A stretch of DNA of 64,000 nucleotides from Bacteroidia bacterium (GTDB lineage: Bacteria > Bacteroidota > Bacteroidia > AKYH767-A > 2013-40CM-41-45), in contig DAOQWA010000012.1 of NCBI GenBank assembly GCA_035341855.1, positions 2,451 to 66,450 of the forward strand, written 5' to 3'. Positions 19,715 to 30,256 of the stretch are shown here, in pieces. The translations under genes and the position numbers were made by a program. Under the pieces are notes generated by a model, which saw nothing but the letters and a program-made list of their open reading frames with translations, made no database searches and was not told the DNA's origin. The stretch's first letter is position 1. The number at the start of each line of letters is the position of its first letter.

Positions 19715-20980
19715 TTGAAAACCAGATCAAAAGTAATTTTAGATGAGTGGCTCGGTCGCCTGATCGTTTACATCCTGAATTTGATCGCAAGAATTCTTGG
19801 CAAAATTCTTGGCATCAATCATAGCTTCGACAAAATACCGGAGCGCATTGTCGTTTGTAAATTTTTGGGAATGGGAAGTATCATCCAGGCAACACCCCTT
19901 CTTCAAACTTTAAGACAAAGTTTTCCAAATGCTAAAATCTTTTTTGTCACCTCAAAGGCCAATCAAAGTCTATTGAAGAAAACACTGTCAGTCAATGACG
20001 TATGGTGTGTTGACGATAAAAACATTTTCAGCGTAGTGTCGACAACCTTAAAAGTCCTCAATAAACTATGGAAGAAAAAAATTGATCTCTATATAGACCT
20101 TGAAACATATTCCTATTACAGTACAGCAGTTGCTACACTTAGCCTGAGCAGGAACCGGCTCGGTTTTTACAGGGCTGAAAGAAACATTCGTATGGGTGTT
20201 TATACACATATGATGTTCTTCAATTCAAGAGCCCCCATTTCAGAATCATATCTTCAAATGGGCAGACTTGTTGGTTGCAGGGAGATCGAGACCGGTTTGT
20301 TTCCGTACCGTGTAAGCGAGAAAGACAAAAATAATTGCAGGGAAATAATTAAGAGTCTAAATCCTGAGAGCGAATCAAAGTACATCGTTATCAATCCAAA
20401 TGCATCTGATTTGAGAATAGAGAGAAGATGGCCATTAGAAAATTTTGCACAATTGATCACGAGATTGTCGAAAGAATTTCCTGATCATAGCTTTTATCTT
20501 ATAGGAACAAAAAATGAATTTGATTGGGTAGAGAAATTATTAAATCTTATAGACATTCCGGAAAAGAAGAAAGTATTTAATACTGCAGGTAAATTTTCCT
20601 TAGGTGAACTATTTGCTTTGATAGCCGATGCAGGACTTACAATTACGAATGACACCGGTCCAATGCATATTTCCTTTGCTCTGAAGAAAGCTACCGTTTG
20701 TTTATTCGGACCTGCATCTCCATCACAGTATGGACAAAACCCTTATGCTTTTGGATTGTACAAAAACATTTATTGTTCTCCTTGCGTCCATGAATTTCTT
20801 ACTCCGCCATGCAGAGGAAACAATCAATGCATGAAGCTGATTACCGTTGATGAGGTGGAAGCACTTAGCAAGCGGCTTTTAAGAGATGAGTTCATTTCTC
20901 CACCTGACTTCCCGGCTTTCCCGCAACAATTCGCTATATCAAATAACCTGGCAGCTCTCGGCCTGGTAGAACGAACATAA
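19715..20980 (+). CDS. glycosyltransferase family 9 (heptosyltransferase-like)
   Basis: KFLGMGSIIQATPLL, RRWPLENF, TAGKFSLGE and ITNDTGPMHIS...VCLFGP. TTG start 2 nt after the upstream stop. Confidence 0.88.
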   Translation: MKTRSKVILDEWLGRLIVYILNLIARILGKILGINHSFDKIPERIVVCKFLGMGSIIQATPLLQTLRQSFPNAKIFFVTSKANQSLLKKTLSVNDVWCVDDKNIFSVVSTTLKVLNKLWKKKIDLYIDLETYSYYSTAVATLSLSRNRLGFYRAERNIRMGVYTHMMFFNSRAPISESYLQMGRLVGCREIETGLFPYRVSEKDKNNCREIIKSLNPESESKYIVINPNASDLRIERRWPLENFAQLITRLSKEFPDHSFYLIGTKNEFDWVEKLLNLIDIPEKKKVFNTAGKFSLGELFALIADAGLTITNDTGPMHISFALKKATVCLFGPASPSQYGQNPYAFGLYKNIYCSPCVHEFLTPPCRGNNQCMKLITVDEVEALSKRLLRDEFISPPDFPAFPQQFAISNNLAALGLVERT

Positions 20981-21882
20981 TGGCAATCGTTAACATATCC
21001 TGTTCTTGCTGTAAAGGTGTCGAAGGTGAAATAATTCACTCCGGATTGAAATCGGTATATACTGACACACCATATTCTGTGGTTAAATGTACAGTTTGCA
21101 CTAATGGAATTACATATCCTTCTGTGGAGAAGGAAGAACTGAATAAAATATATTCACAGATCTACCTTTATCCTGTCCACCTCCTTGCCCTTGGAGAAAA
21201 AAAATTCCGTGCCAGGTCAATGGCCTCATATATCAGGACAAATGCTCCGGCAAAAACTCACCACTCCGTGCTTGAAGTTGGATGCATGTTTGGCTATCTC
21301 CTTCAGGAATTGAAATCAGAATACAAAGTAAAAGGTATCGACATTGGTCGTAACGCTGTCAGCTATTGCAGAAATAAAGGACTCGATGTGGACGATATCA
21401 GCATTGAAAATTTCATATCCAACAGCAATCAAAAATTCGACATCATTGTTATCTCACACGTTTTAGAACATTTATTGAAACCTCATGAAGTCCTGAACGA
21501 CCTTCATCTTCATTTGAATCCCGGAGGAAAGATCTTCATCCTTGTTCCAAACTACAAGTCATTCTCAGCAAAGGTCTTTGGCAGATACTGGGGCTGGTGG
21601 CAGATACCGGTACACATAAACCATTTTAACGAGAGCTCAATTACCGCCTTATCTGACTCTACACATTTTAAAAAAGAACTTGTAAGATATCGTGGTGGCG
21701 ACAGCCTCATGCTGCTACTGAACTTCATAAACCTCTTTTCCTTTCGAAACAAAAATGAAGCTCCCGGCATTTTTCAAAAAATGATCATTGGATTCTTTAC
21801 AAGTGTATTTCGCTATTGGTACTATTTGGGAAATGAAGAACTGACGGTTGTGCTTGTAAGCAAAAAATCTCCAAAGCTGTAA
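20980..21882 (+). CDS. class I SAM-dependent methyltransferase with N-terminal Cys cluster
   Basis: CSCC...CTVC, motif I VLEVGCMFG, and SHVLEHL...GGKIFILVPN. Overlaps the GT9 stop codon by 1 nt. Confidence 0.88.
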   Translation: MAIVNISCSCCKGVEGEIIHSGLKSVYTDTPYSVVKCTVCTNGITYPSVEKEELNKIYSQIYLYPVHLLALGEKKFRARSMASYIRTNAPAKTHHSVLEVGCMFGYLLQELKSEYKVKGIDIGRNAVSYCRNKGLDVDDISIENFISNSNQKFDIIVISHVLEHLLKPHEVLNDLHLHLNPGGKIFILVPNYKSFSAKVFGRYWGWWQIPVHINHFNESSITALSDSTHFKKELVRYRGGDSLMLLLNFINLFSFRNKNEAPGIFQKMIIGFFTSVFRYWYYLGNEELTVVLVSKKSPKL

Positions 21883-21892
21883 TTTTCACTTA

Positions 21893-22999
21893 TCAGGCTC
21901 CAAACAAAACTACTCTAAGTCCCGGCCACCAAAAAGGCGGATAAGGTATTGGCTCCAATGCGCCAATACATAATGATGGAATAAAGAGATTGATAAAAAC
22001 AAGTGTCCAGGTTAGATTGTTAAAGATCTTTGTCCCGTAAGCATCTCTTATTGTCCATGCTGATAAAATAATCAAAGGAAAAGCAAGTCCCATCAAGCGG
22101 GAAATATCATATGCAATGAAGAACTGACTTGCAATAAAAACAAAACCGACGATCAATATTAAAACATCTTTGAAATTCCTTTTTGAAATATATAACAGCA
22201 TTGCCAGAATAGGAAGCACCCAACCAAGCCTGAATGCCTGAAAAATTCCTTCTGCCAGATGTTCTGAGACGCGATCTCTTGTCCACCGAAGATTTTCAGG
22301 GTCGAAGTAATATGAAGTGTTAAAATCAACTTCAGAAACTGAATTGATAATACTTCTATAACTTGCATATAAAAGCACAGCAGGTACGAAAAGCAGGAAA
22401 GTCTTAAACGCGGTTGTCAACTTGTATTCATTCCCCAGCAGGAATATAAAAAAGAACGGAAACAAAAAAACTGTGTTATCGTGATTGAACAATAGTAATG
22501 TGAGACATGTCATCACAACATTTCTGCGATCTTTATAAAATAGTACAATCAGGATCAAGACATAAGAAACCGGATCACTGTAGCCGGGAAAATGAAGCTG
22601 ATAAAAACTTAATGTCGAAAAGGACAACAACATGGTTATTCCAATGCAGTTAGCCGGACTAAATCCTTTCTTGCGATGAAAGTAGTATAGTAAGACCAAA
22701 AAGGCTGCAAGAAAACCGAGCATGAGGTACTTGAACAACTCCCCTTTCAAAAACAATACATAACCTAATACAGGAGCAAGTATTCTGTAACGCAAACTAC
22801 TCTCAACTGACAGATCAAAAGGAGCCATCGATAAACGGGCAAAACCCTTTCCATGATAGAAAAGCTCCCATCTTGGAGTGGTAAATAAGGCTGCCAGGCC
22901 AAGCACTATCAAACCGATTAAGAGTCCGGGCAAAAAAAGCCCCCATTTCTTCTCCAGACGGTGGACTAAAGTATCAATAGTTTCAAAAAAACGCTTCAT
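21893..22999 (-). CDS. polytopic membrane protein, possibly GT-C-like
   Basis: About 9-10 hydrophobic segments with RYRILAP, YSDP and NHD motifs. Confidence 0.5.
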   Translation of the reverse strand: MKRFFETIDTLVHRLEKKWGLFLPGLLIGLIVLGLAALFTTPRWELFYHGKGFARLSMAPFDLSVESSLRYRILAPVLGYVLFLKGELFKYLMLGFLAAFLVLLYYFHRKKGFSPANCIGITMLLSFSTLSFYQLHFPGYSDPVSYVLILIVLFYKDRRNVVMTCLTLLLFNHDNTVFLFPFFFIFLLGNEYKLTTAFKTFLLFVPAVLLYASYRSIINSVSEVDFNTSYYFDPENLRWTRDRVSEHLAEGIFQAFRLGWVLPILAMLLYISKRNFKDVLILIVGFVFIASQFFIAYDISRLMGLAFPLIILSAWTIRDAYGTKIFNNLTWTLVFINLFIPSLCIGALEPIPYPPFWWPGLRVVLFGA

Positions 23000-23129
23000 A
23001 AATGAAATTCAAGAGATATTAGTATTCTCCGGCTGATGCAAAATTCGTAATTTTATAGCCTGTTGCGGCAGAGGTTTACAATATAATCATCACTGCTTCG
23101 TTGGCAACAAATCCCCTTTTTAATTTACC

Positions 23130-25496
23130 ATGAAAAAAATCTATACAGGAATTTGGCTTCTTCTAAGCATAAGTTTTTTGAGCATTTCCGGTCTTGAGGC
23201 ACAAAACCCTTCTATAGCCATAGGTCAGTGGAGAGAGCACATTCCATTCAATAAAACTATTGATGTAACTGAGGTAGGCAATACAATTTATGCTGCCAGT
23301 CAGTATGGTATGTTCACTTATTCAAAAACCGATGGAGAGCTAAATCTTCTTACTCGGCTGAATGGACTTTCGGATTATGAAATTTCAGAGATCCGCGCGG
23401 ATGTACAAAGTGGAGTTGTACTTGTTGCCTATCAAACATCAAATATTGATCTGATCTATCCGGATCATACAATTGTGAATCTCTCCGATATTAAAAGAAA
23501 GAATATTATTGGAGGAAAAAAAATCAATCACATCTTATTTGCAGCAGGCAATGCATACTTGTCATGCGAGTTTGGGATCGTCGTCATTGACCTTTCCCGA
23601 AAAGAAATCTCTGACACATATTATATAGGGCAAAACGGACAAAACACAAATGTAAATGGTCTTGCTTTCAACGGAACCTACATGCTTGCAGCCACAGATA
23701 GCGGCATGTACAAAGCAAATTTCAATGACCCGAATATTTTCAACTATACAGCCTGGTCTCTAGAAACCGGTCTTCCTGTACCTTATGCGAATTACACTTC
23801 AGTTACTGCATTAAACGGCAACTTCTATGCTATAAAAACAAACAGCAGTTTCGCCAAAGACACTTTGCTTGTATATGATGGCAGCACCTGGGCCCCATTT
23901 TTTAATGATGACTATGAAGGTGGCTACATAGATTCCTATAACAACATGCTTTTGTATCGTAATGACTATAAAGTTTCAGCTTTTGATGCAGCGGCAAACG
24001 AAATTCATCGTGTAGATCTAGGCATGTATTCCAATGGCAATATCAGCAGAGGCTTTGTTGATAATGCCGGAATTTTTTGGGTCGCAGATGCAAACAACGG
24101 ACTGATTAGATATTCTTCCAATCCTTATGATCTTCAAAAAATTTCTCCCAACGGACCCAGATCCTCAGCAGTATGGGCGATGGACGCAAGAAAGGGAAAC
24201 ATCTGGGTTGCATCAGGCTCTTTGAGTGGTGACGCCCCGAATTTTGCGGAAAGAAATGGGACTTATCTTTTTTCTGAAAATAGCTGGAAAACCTTTGACC
24301 AGAGCAATGATGCCATATATACAGCACTGGTAAATTCAGGTTCACCTGCATTGATATCGGTAGCCGTCGACCCTTCAGATCCGGATCATGCATTCTTTGC
24401 CTGTTGGGGTGTAGGTGTTATGGAAACAAGGAAAACTGGAGGGGTAGAAATCTATAAATCTTCGAATAGCTCGTTAAAGGGAATCAGTGGCCTGGGAAAT
24501 TATATCATTGCAGGTGGATTAACTTTCGACGATTCAAATAACCTTTGGGTTGTTGCCGGAGGAAACACTTCACCTCTCTCTGTCAGAAGACCTGACGGAA
24601 GCTGGCAATCATTCGTAATCCCCAATGCCGATATGGCCAGATTTGGACTTTATCAGATTATCGTCGATGACTACAATCAGAAATGGTTCATTGCCAAAGA
24701 AGGAGCAAGTCACGGCCAAGGAATTGGAGTCTTCAACGAAAATGATCCTAACATTTCAACTGACGATCAGTTCAGAAGGATTACTGCTGATGCCCAACAA
24801 GGATCTCTGGCAGATATTTATGTTCGATCCTTGGCAAAAGATAAAGATGGTGCAATTTGGATAGGTACTGATAAAGGAATATCAGTAATCTATAATCCTG
24901 CTAATGTTTTTTCCTCTCAATCATTCGATTCACAAAGAATCATTATCGAACAAGATGGTAATGCACAGTACCTATTGGAGACTGAAGCGGTATCTGTGAT
25001 TACTGTTGATGGTGCAAATAGAAAATGGTTTGGAACTACAAATGGCGGAGCCTTTTTAATGTCTGCCGATGGCACCAAACAGCTTTTAAATTTTAATATT
25101 GATAACTCACCTCTACCATCAAACGGTATTACCTCTATTGCTATCGATGAAGTAAGCGGAGAAGTATTCTTCGGAACCGACAAGGGTATTGTATCTTACC
25201 GAGGTGATGCAACTGCAGGAACTGAAACATGTGGCGACTATCTTGTTTTTCCAAATCCAGTCAGACACGATTATCAGGGCCCTATCGCCATTCGTGGTTT
25301 GGTAGAAAATGCTGATGTAAAGATCACTGATATTGCCGGGAATTTAGTCTTTCACACTATTGCAAATGGAGGTCAGGCTATTTGGTATGGAACAAATTTT
25401 GGAGGTGAAAGAGTACAAACAGGTATTTACACCATTATGGTTAGCAATACCGACGGTACAGAAACCTGTGCCACTAAATTATTATTGGCAAACTGA
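23130..25496 (+). CDS. porZ: T9SS component PorZ (beta-propeller protein with CTD)
   Basis: Signal peptide, IGQWREH, propeller repeats (DGAIWIGTDKG, RKWFGT, EVFFGTDKGIVSYRGDAT), FPNPVR CTD, and position directly upstream of recO. Confidence 0.88.
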   Translation: MKKIYTGIWLLLSISFLSISGLEAQNPSIAIGQWREHIPFNKTIDVTEVGNTIYAASQYGMFTYSKTDGELNLLTRLNGLSDYEISEIRADVQSGVVLVAYQTSNIDLIYPDHTIVNLSDIKRKNIIGGKKINHILFAAGNAYLSCEFGIVVIDLSRKEISDTYYIGQNGQNTNVNGLAFNGTYMLAATDSGMYKANFNDPNIFNYTAWSLETGLPVPYANYTSVTALNGNFYAIKTNSSFAKDTLLVYDGSTWAPFFNDDYEGGYIDSYNNMLLYRNDYKVSAFDAAANEIHRVDLGMYSNGNISRGFVDNAGIFWVADANNGLIRYSSNPYDLQKISPNGPRSSAVWAMDARKGNIWVASGSLSGDAPNFAERNGTYLFSENSWKTFDQSNDAIYTALVNSGSPALISVAVDPSDPDHAFFACWGVGVMETRKTGGVEIYKSSNSSLKGISGLGNYIIAGGLTFDDSNNLWVVAGGNTSPLSVRRPDGSWQSFVIPNADMARFGLYQIIVDDYNQKWFIAKEGASHGQGIGVFNENDPNISTDDQFRRITADAQQGSLADIYVRSLAKDKDGAIWIGTDKGISVIYNPANVFSSQSFDSQRIIIEQDGNAQYLLETEAVSVITVDGANRKWFGTTNGGAFLMSADGTKQLLNFNIDNSPLPSNGITSIAIDEVSGEVFFGTDKGIVSYRGDATAGTETCGDYLVFPNPVRHDYQGPIAIRGLVENADVKITDIAGNLVFHTIANGGQAIWYGTNFGGERVQTGIYTIMVSNTDGTETCATKLLLAN

Positions 25497-26221
25497 TGCT
25501 GCACAAAACCCGAGGCATTGTTTTCAGGACTACGGATTTTTCCGAGTCAAGTCTGGTGGTTAAAGTTTACACTGAGCTTTATGGCTTGCAGACCTACATG
25601 GTTAACAGCGTACGTAAAAAAAATGCACGTGTAAGATCCTCGGTCTTTCAGTCACTCAGTTTGGTAGAGATGGTTGTGTATCACAAAGAACGTGGAGGTA
25701 TTCAGCGAATCGCTGAGATCAGACCGATGCCTGTTTTGAGAACCGTTCCTTTCGACGTACTAAAAAGTTCAATGGCCCTCTTCCTGAACGAAGTCCTCTA
25801 CAAGTCAATTCATGAAGAAGAAGCTAATGCACAGCTTTTCGATTTTTTATTTCATTCCATCCAATGGCTGGATGTGCATGAACCGGCCAACTCCGATTTC
25901 CATTTGTTATTCTTGCTCCAACTGAGCAAATATCTCGGCTTTTTCCCTGATGATAATTTTTCTGAAGAAAATAAATACTTCGATCTGCAAGAAGGAAACT
26001 TTCAGCCTGTCAGTCCACCACATCCTTTGTTCCTGAACCCTGCTTTGAGTATGCACTTGCATCAGATTCTTCGCAAGCTGCCCGACTTCTCTGCCGGTTT
26101 TAACATTCCTCTTGGCGAAAAAAGAGAATTAATCGAAAGGATATTGGAATACTATCAGCTGCATATATCAGGTTTTGGAAACATCAAATCACACAAAGTC
26201 CTTGAACAGATCTGGGCTTAG
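25496..26221 (+). CDS. recO: DNA repair protein RecO
   Basis: MLHKTRGIV...YTELYG and FLNEVL...HEEE; TGATG overlap with porZ. Confidence 0.92.
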   Translation: MLHKTRGIVFRTTDFSESSLVVKVYTELYGLQTYMVNSVRKKNARVRSSVFQSLSLVEMVVYHKERGGIQRIAEIRPMPVLRTVPFDVLKSSMALFLNEVLYKSIHEEEANAQLFDFLFHSIQWLDVHEPANSDFHLLFLLQLSKYLGFFPDDNFSEENKYFDLQEGNFQPVSPPHPLFLNPALSMHLHQILRKLPDFSAGFNIPLGEKRELIERILEYYQLHISGFGNIKSHKVLEQIWA

Positions 26222-26226
26222 ACAGA

Positions 26227-27318
26227 TCAAGCCTCAGGCTTCATCACTTCTTCAACCTCCGCTTTCGTAAATCTTTTGCGTATCCAGCGTGGCAATAAGA
26301 TTGCTCCTATAAACAGATAAGGATAATAAGAGACCAATCGCCAGAGTAATCCTAATGAAGCTGACAAACCCTTTGGAATAAACTCTCCCAGAAAATCGGT
26401 AAACATAAATTCTGCCAGTCCGCTACCACCGGGAGTAGGGCTGAACAAAATTATTATACCCATAACTACTTGTCGTGCAAAAACTATGAACTGATCAACA
26501 GGAACATCATGGAATGCGAAGATTAGACAATTAACTATGGTATAGCGTGCAGTCCAGGAAATGAATGTCCCTCCAAATGAATGGGTCCAGAATTTACGGC
26601 TTTTATTCTTTAAACCCTTTGATGCGATCACCAACTGGTTTCCTGTTTCCAGGGCAGATGGCTTCCATCTCCTGAGGATAGGAAATGAAAAAATTTTGAT
26701 CAACAACCATTTTACAAAACGCGGGTTGATGAACAAAGCATAAGCTACGAATAATTTGTATGCAAGAATGATAAAATAGACTGCCCAGAAGGAATAGAAG
26801 AATCCTGTACCAAAAGTTACCGGGCTGATATTGTCCACGTCGAGCGTTGAAAATAGCCGCTCTCTTCCAACAGTATAATATACCAGGGGAGCCATTATTG
26901 CAAGAAAGACCCCATCCTGGAATGAGGATAACATGATTGCAGTAATACTCCTGCCCATATTGATCCTCTCTTTGTTCAGAATAAATATCGCAAAAATAAA
27001 TCCCCCGCCCAGCATGCCGGGAGCTAGTGCCGAGGCAAACTCCCAGAGCATAATAACGTTGAATGAATTTCTCCAGTTTAACTGTCCATCTGTAAGTGCA
27101 CGAATACGAACCATGTAAGCCCAATCACGGACTACCATCATCATTAGCGCCATAAAAATCCAAAAGGAACTATTCCATGACCAGTTGATTCCTTCAAAGG
27201 CTTCTTTATCAAAATTCCGGACCAGTAAAAAAGTAGCAGCACCCAACCCAATTAAGATCGGCAAGAAAATCCGGGAAGGCCGGAACGTATTTAAGAGTTG
27301 CCTGCTATCGGGTTGCAT
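26227..27318 (-). CDS. lysylphosphatidylglycerol synthase TM domain / flippase-like membrane protein
   Basis: RDWAYMVR, WEFASALAPG, PTPGGSGLAE and LLWRLVSYY. Confidence 0.82.
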   Translation of the reverse strand: MQPDSRQLLNTFRPSRIFLPILIGLGAATFLLVRNFDKEAFEGINWSWNSSFWIFMALMMMVVRDWAYMVRIRALTDGQLNWRNSFNVIMLWEFASALAPGMLGGGFIFAIFILNKERINMGRSITAIMLSSFQDGVFLAIMAPLVYYTVGRERLFSTLDVDNISPVTFGTGFFYSFWAVYFIILAYKLFVAYALFINPRFVKWLLIKIFSFPILRRWKPSALETGNQLVIASKGLKNKSRKFWTHSFGGTFISWTARYTIVNCLIFAFHDVPVDQFIVFARQVVMGIIILFSPTPGGSGLAEFMFTDFLGEFIPKGLSASLGLLWRLVSYYPYLFIGAILLPRWIRKRFTKAEVEEVMKPEA

Positions 27319-27341
27319 AAAAAAGATGAAGGACTCGAAGA

Positions 27342-28079
27342 TCAGCTTTCGCTGAGCCAGAAATTATTAAATCCTATGCCAAGAGATATCTGAACAACTT
27401 GCTCCTGGAGAAGTTCGAGAATTCCCAGGAAAGTGAAAATGGCTTGTACTTTATTCTTACAGGACAGGATGATATCAGTGAAAGGAACCTTATCACGACC
27501 ACGTAACATACTCCTCACACTTTCTTTTTGTTCGGCAATAGTATATGGAAACTGTACGACCTTATGGTGCACCTTGTTTTTTTCCAGTTCAAAACGCTTG
27601 ACGACTTTATTGAATGTATTCAACAATTGGTACAGAGAAAGATTCACCATCTCTTCAGCCTGTGAGTTTTGCAAGGCGATCTCGGCAAGCTCACGCTGGA
27701 TATTTCCTCGCTGCGATTTCATTGCACGGTCTTCTTCCAGACCGCGCATTTCCTCGCATGCCTCTTTATACTGTTTGTATAATAAAAGTCTTTCGATCAG
27801 ATCTTTCCTAGGATCCACTTCATTGCCTTCCTCATCAATCTCAGGTCGTGGCAATAAAAGTTTTGCCTTGATGCGCATCAAGGTGGCAGCAACCAGAATA
27901 AATTCACTGGCGAGCTCAATATTGAGCTCAGTCATCTGATGAATGTAGTCCAGAAAATCGTTGGTGATCTTTGAGATCTCGATGTTATGTATATCTACTT
28001 CATCACGTTCAATGAAAAAGAGCAACAAGTCGAAGGGGCCTTCAAACTGAGGCAACCTGATTTCAAATATTTTTTCCAC
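27342..28079 (-). CDS. scpA: segregation and condensation protein A (kleisin)
   Basis: FEGPFDLLL, ASEFILVAATLMRIKAKLLLP and FLGILEL. The likely start is GTG 28079, downstream of a TAAGTTTG box. Confidence 0.9.
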   Translation of the reverse strand: MEKIFEIRLPQFEGPFDLLLFFIERDEVDIHNIEISKITNDFLDYIHQMTELNIELASEFILVAATLMRIKAKLLLPRPEIDEEGNEVDPRKDLIERLLLYKQYKEACEEMRGLEEDRAMKSQRGNIQRELAEIALQNSQAEEMVNLSLYQLLNTFNKVVKRFELEKNKVHHKVVQFPYTIAEQKESVRSMLRGRDKVPFTDIILSCKNKVQAIFTFLGILELLQEQVVQISLGIGFNNFWLSES

Positions 28080-28096
28080 GGGTATCGAATAGGCTT

Positions 28097-28104
28097 CAAA
28101 CTTA
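28097..28104 (-). promoter_or_regulatory. Bacteroidota -7 box (scpA)
   Basis: TAAGTTTG upstream of GTG 28079. Confidence 0.5.
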
Positions 28105-28258
28105 GGCATTTTTTTGCAAAAAACCATGAAAAGAAGCATTGGAAAGTGGTGATAAACAGGGAGATATTATTAAATATTACCCGTCGGTTCAGTCACCTGC
28201 TTTAAAACGATTTGTTGACCTCTTAATTTTTCAAAAACGAATGAGTAAGAGGTTTATG

Positions 28259-29701
28259 CTACTCCCAAACCACACTCTTACTCCATTGCTCGAGACCATC
28301 GAGACGAACATGATAGATGCCGCTTCTCATGCCGCTTAAATTTAGATCCATAAACTGGAGGCCACTAAAAGAAAGTTGTTGCACTAAGCGTCCTGCAGAA
28401 TCAAAAACTCTTGCACTTGTAAAGGTGGCTGGATTATCCCAGGAAAATTTATAAACCCCGTCATGAGAAGAGCGAGAAACAATAACAGTACCTGGAATTT
28501 TCAGCTCAGGTGTAGCAAGTAAAACACAACCGGCATGACTACTATCCAATACAGTGAAACAATAAGTAAAATTTGCAATACCGAGATAAGGACAATTATC
28601 ATCGACTACACGCACGATCAGGCAACGGGGGATTCCGGAAACATCAGATATGTCGGGAGTCCAGATCATTAAAAGACTGTCGCGATTGCCTCCGCTTCTT
28701 ATATACTGAGCGGAATTAATATCAGTATCCCATGAAATGAATGTTTGGTTTGAATAGTTCGGGTCTGTACTTGCGATGAAAATTTCAAGAGGTACATTCG
28801 GACAAACATTCATTGAAAAGGATGATCCACCATTGAGTCCGGTTAGACGGGGTAAAAAATTATTACATGCCGACGCTTCAATCTGAAAATCTCTTTCTAC
28901 CTGTCCTATGAGTACACCGTTTCTAAATTCACTCACTAAAACTGCAAAGGGAGATACCTCTATCTGGTTCGGCACGACACAAAGACTACCGGTCACAGAA
29001 TTGAAAGTGGCAGAGGGACTTGAATTAATCGGCTGAGTATATGAATAAGGAGCGCGATAGCTAATTGGTGTACCTGAGGCAGTTAAAGGTGTGATGAGTT
29101 GATAGCTTAGAGAGTCTCCATCCGGATCAATCGCCGTATTATTAATGCAATATTGTTGCCCTACACAAACTTGTTGCACCGGAGGCATAACGAATACAGG
29201 CGAATTATTACAATCTCCATCGCTATTGTTTAGCAAGGAAAAGACATATAAGTTAAATGTGGTCACATTGTCTACCGTAGTGATAGCACTATTTCTACAG
29301 CACTCGGCATAGCTAAACATCCAGTCTGCACAGAGTCCGGGCAAGGTGACAACCTCACTATAGATCCATTCTTCAATTCCGGTGTAGGTACCACCATTGC
29401 AAGTAGTGATGGCAGAAGGGCAAACATTAGAAACTTGTGTGGGACTTCCAGGAATTGGATACAAACTAATCTGTCCTCCCGGAAAACAACCTGAAGTATA
29501 TACAACATCTATTGAGGGAGGTGCAGGAATTCCATCACAATCTCTATAAAACGAATAGTATAACCGGTACTGGTTCGAACTCAAACATTCGTAGGTCAGT
29601 TCAGCGCCCATTGCATGTGATGCCTTCAAACCTTCGGTATTGCAGAATGCCAACAGCAGGAAACAATAAAAAATTGTAAAGTGTCCTTGTTTGCGGCTCA
29701 T
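28259..29701 (-). CDS. secreted Cys-rich protein with T9SS-like C-terminal domain
   Basis: ASHAMGAELTY...YRDCDG, ECCRNSAIT, NNSPVF and DPDGDSLSYQL, as seen in Bacteroidota secreted proteins. Degenerate CTD (VFDSAGRLV...GIYHV). Confidence 0.7.
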   Translation of the reverse strand: MSRKQGHFTIFYCFLLLAFCNTEGLKASHAMGAELTYECLSSNQYRLYYSFYRDCDGIPAPPSIDVVYTSGCFPGGQISLYPIPGSPTQVSNVCPSAITTCNGGTYTGIEEWIYSEVVTLPGLCADWMFSYAECCRNSAITTVDNVTTFNLYVFSLLNNSDGDCNNSPVFVMPPVQQVCVGQQYCINNTAIDPDGDSLSYQLITPLTASGTPISYRAPYSYTQPINSSPSATFNSVTGSLCVVPNQIEVSPFAVLVSEFRNGVLIGQVERDFQIEASACNNFLPRLTGLNGGSSFSMNVCPNVPLEIFIASTDPNYSNQTFISWDTDINSAQYIRSGGNRDSLLMIWTPDISDVSGIPRCLIVRVVDDNCPYLGIANFTYCFTVLDSSHAGCVLLATPELKIPGTVIVSRSSHDGVYKFSWDNPATFTSARVFDSAGRLVQQLSFSGLQFMDLNLSGMRSGIYHVRLDGLEQWSKSVVWE

Positions 29702-29887
29702 AGGATTTCCAAAAATTTATTTAACGATGCTTTTTGCATACGGTTACGCACAAGTGTCTGATTTTGATATAATAACTGCACAATATTGTGCTTTTTGAGC
29801 ATTTTAAATCGGCTTTTCAAAAAATGTAGTTCATGACACCAATTTCGAGCGTCCTGATACTTCAATTTTTAGAGGAAAACATTAACA

Positions 29888-30256
29888 TTGCCCTCTTCTA
29901 TGAAAAAGATCTATCACCTTAGTACCTGCAGCACCAACCAGCGAATTCTTAAAGAACTCAAGCCCGGAAAGGATGTTGTTTTACAGGACATTAAAACTGA
30001 AAAGATCACTGCAAAGCAACTTGATGAGATGCGTGAAAAAGCAGGAACTTACGAGGCATTGTTCAGTCGAATTGCGATGAAGTACAGAAGCATGGGACTG
30101 AATACCAAGAAGCTCACAGAAAAAGATTACAGGAAGTATATTCTTGAAGAATACACCTTTCTAAAAAGGCCGGTTGTGATCGTAGATAAGGAGATTTTCA
30201 TAGGAAACTCCTCCAAAGTAGTTGCCTCTGCAAAATCTGCATTACACAAAAAATGA
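29888..30256 (+). CDS. ArsC/Spx-family thioredoxin-fold protein
   Basis: YHLSTCSTNQRI and FLKRPV. ATG at 29900. Confidence 0.8.
   Translation: MPSSMKKIYHLSTCSTNQRILKELKPGKDVVLQDIKTEKITAKQLDEMREKAGTYEALFSRIAMKYRSMGLNTKKLTEKDYRKYILEEYTFLKRPVVIVDKEIFIGNSSKVVASAKSALHKK

Noticed and set aside
23130-26221. porZ-recO translational coupling
   Set aside because: This is a commonly conserved Bacteroidota gene order and is not novel.
27342-28079. scpA without adjacent scpB or smc
   Set aside because: Dispersed condensin genes are common in this phylum.
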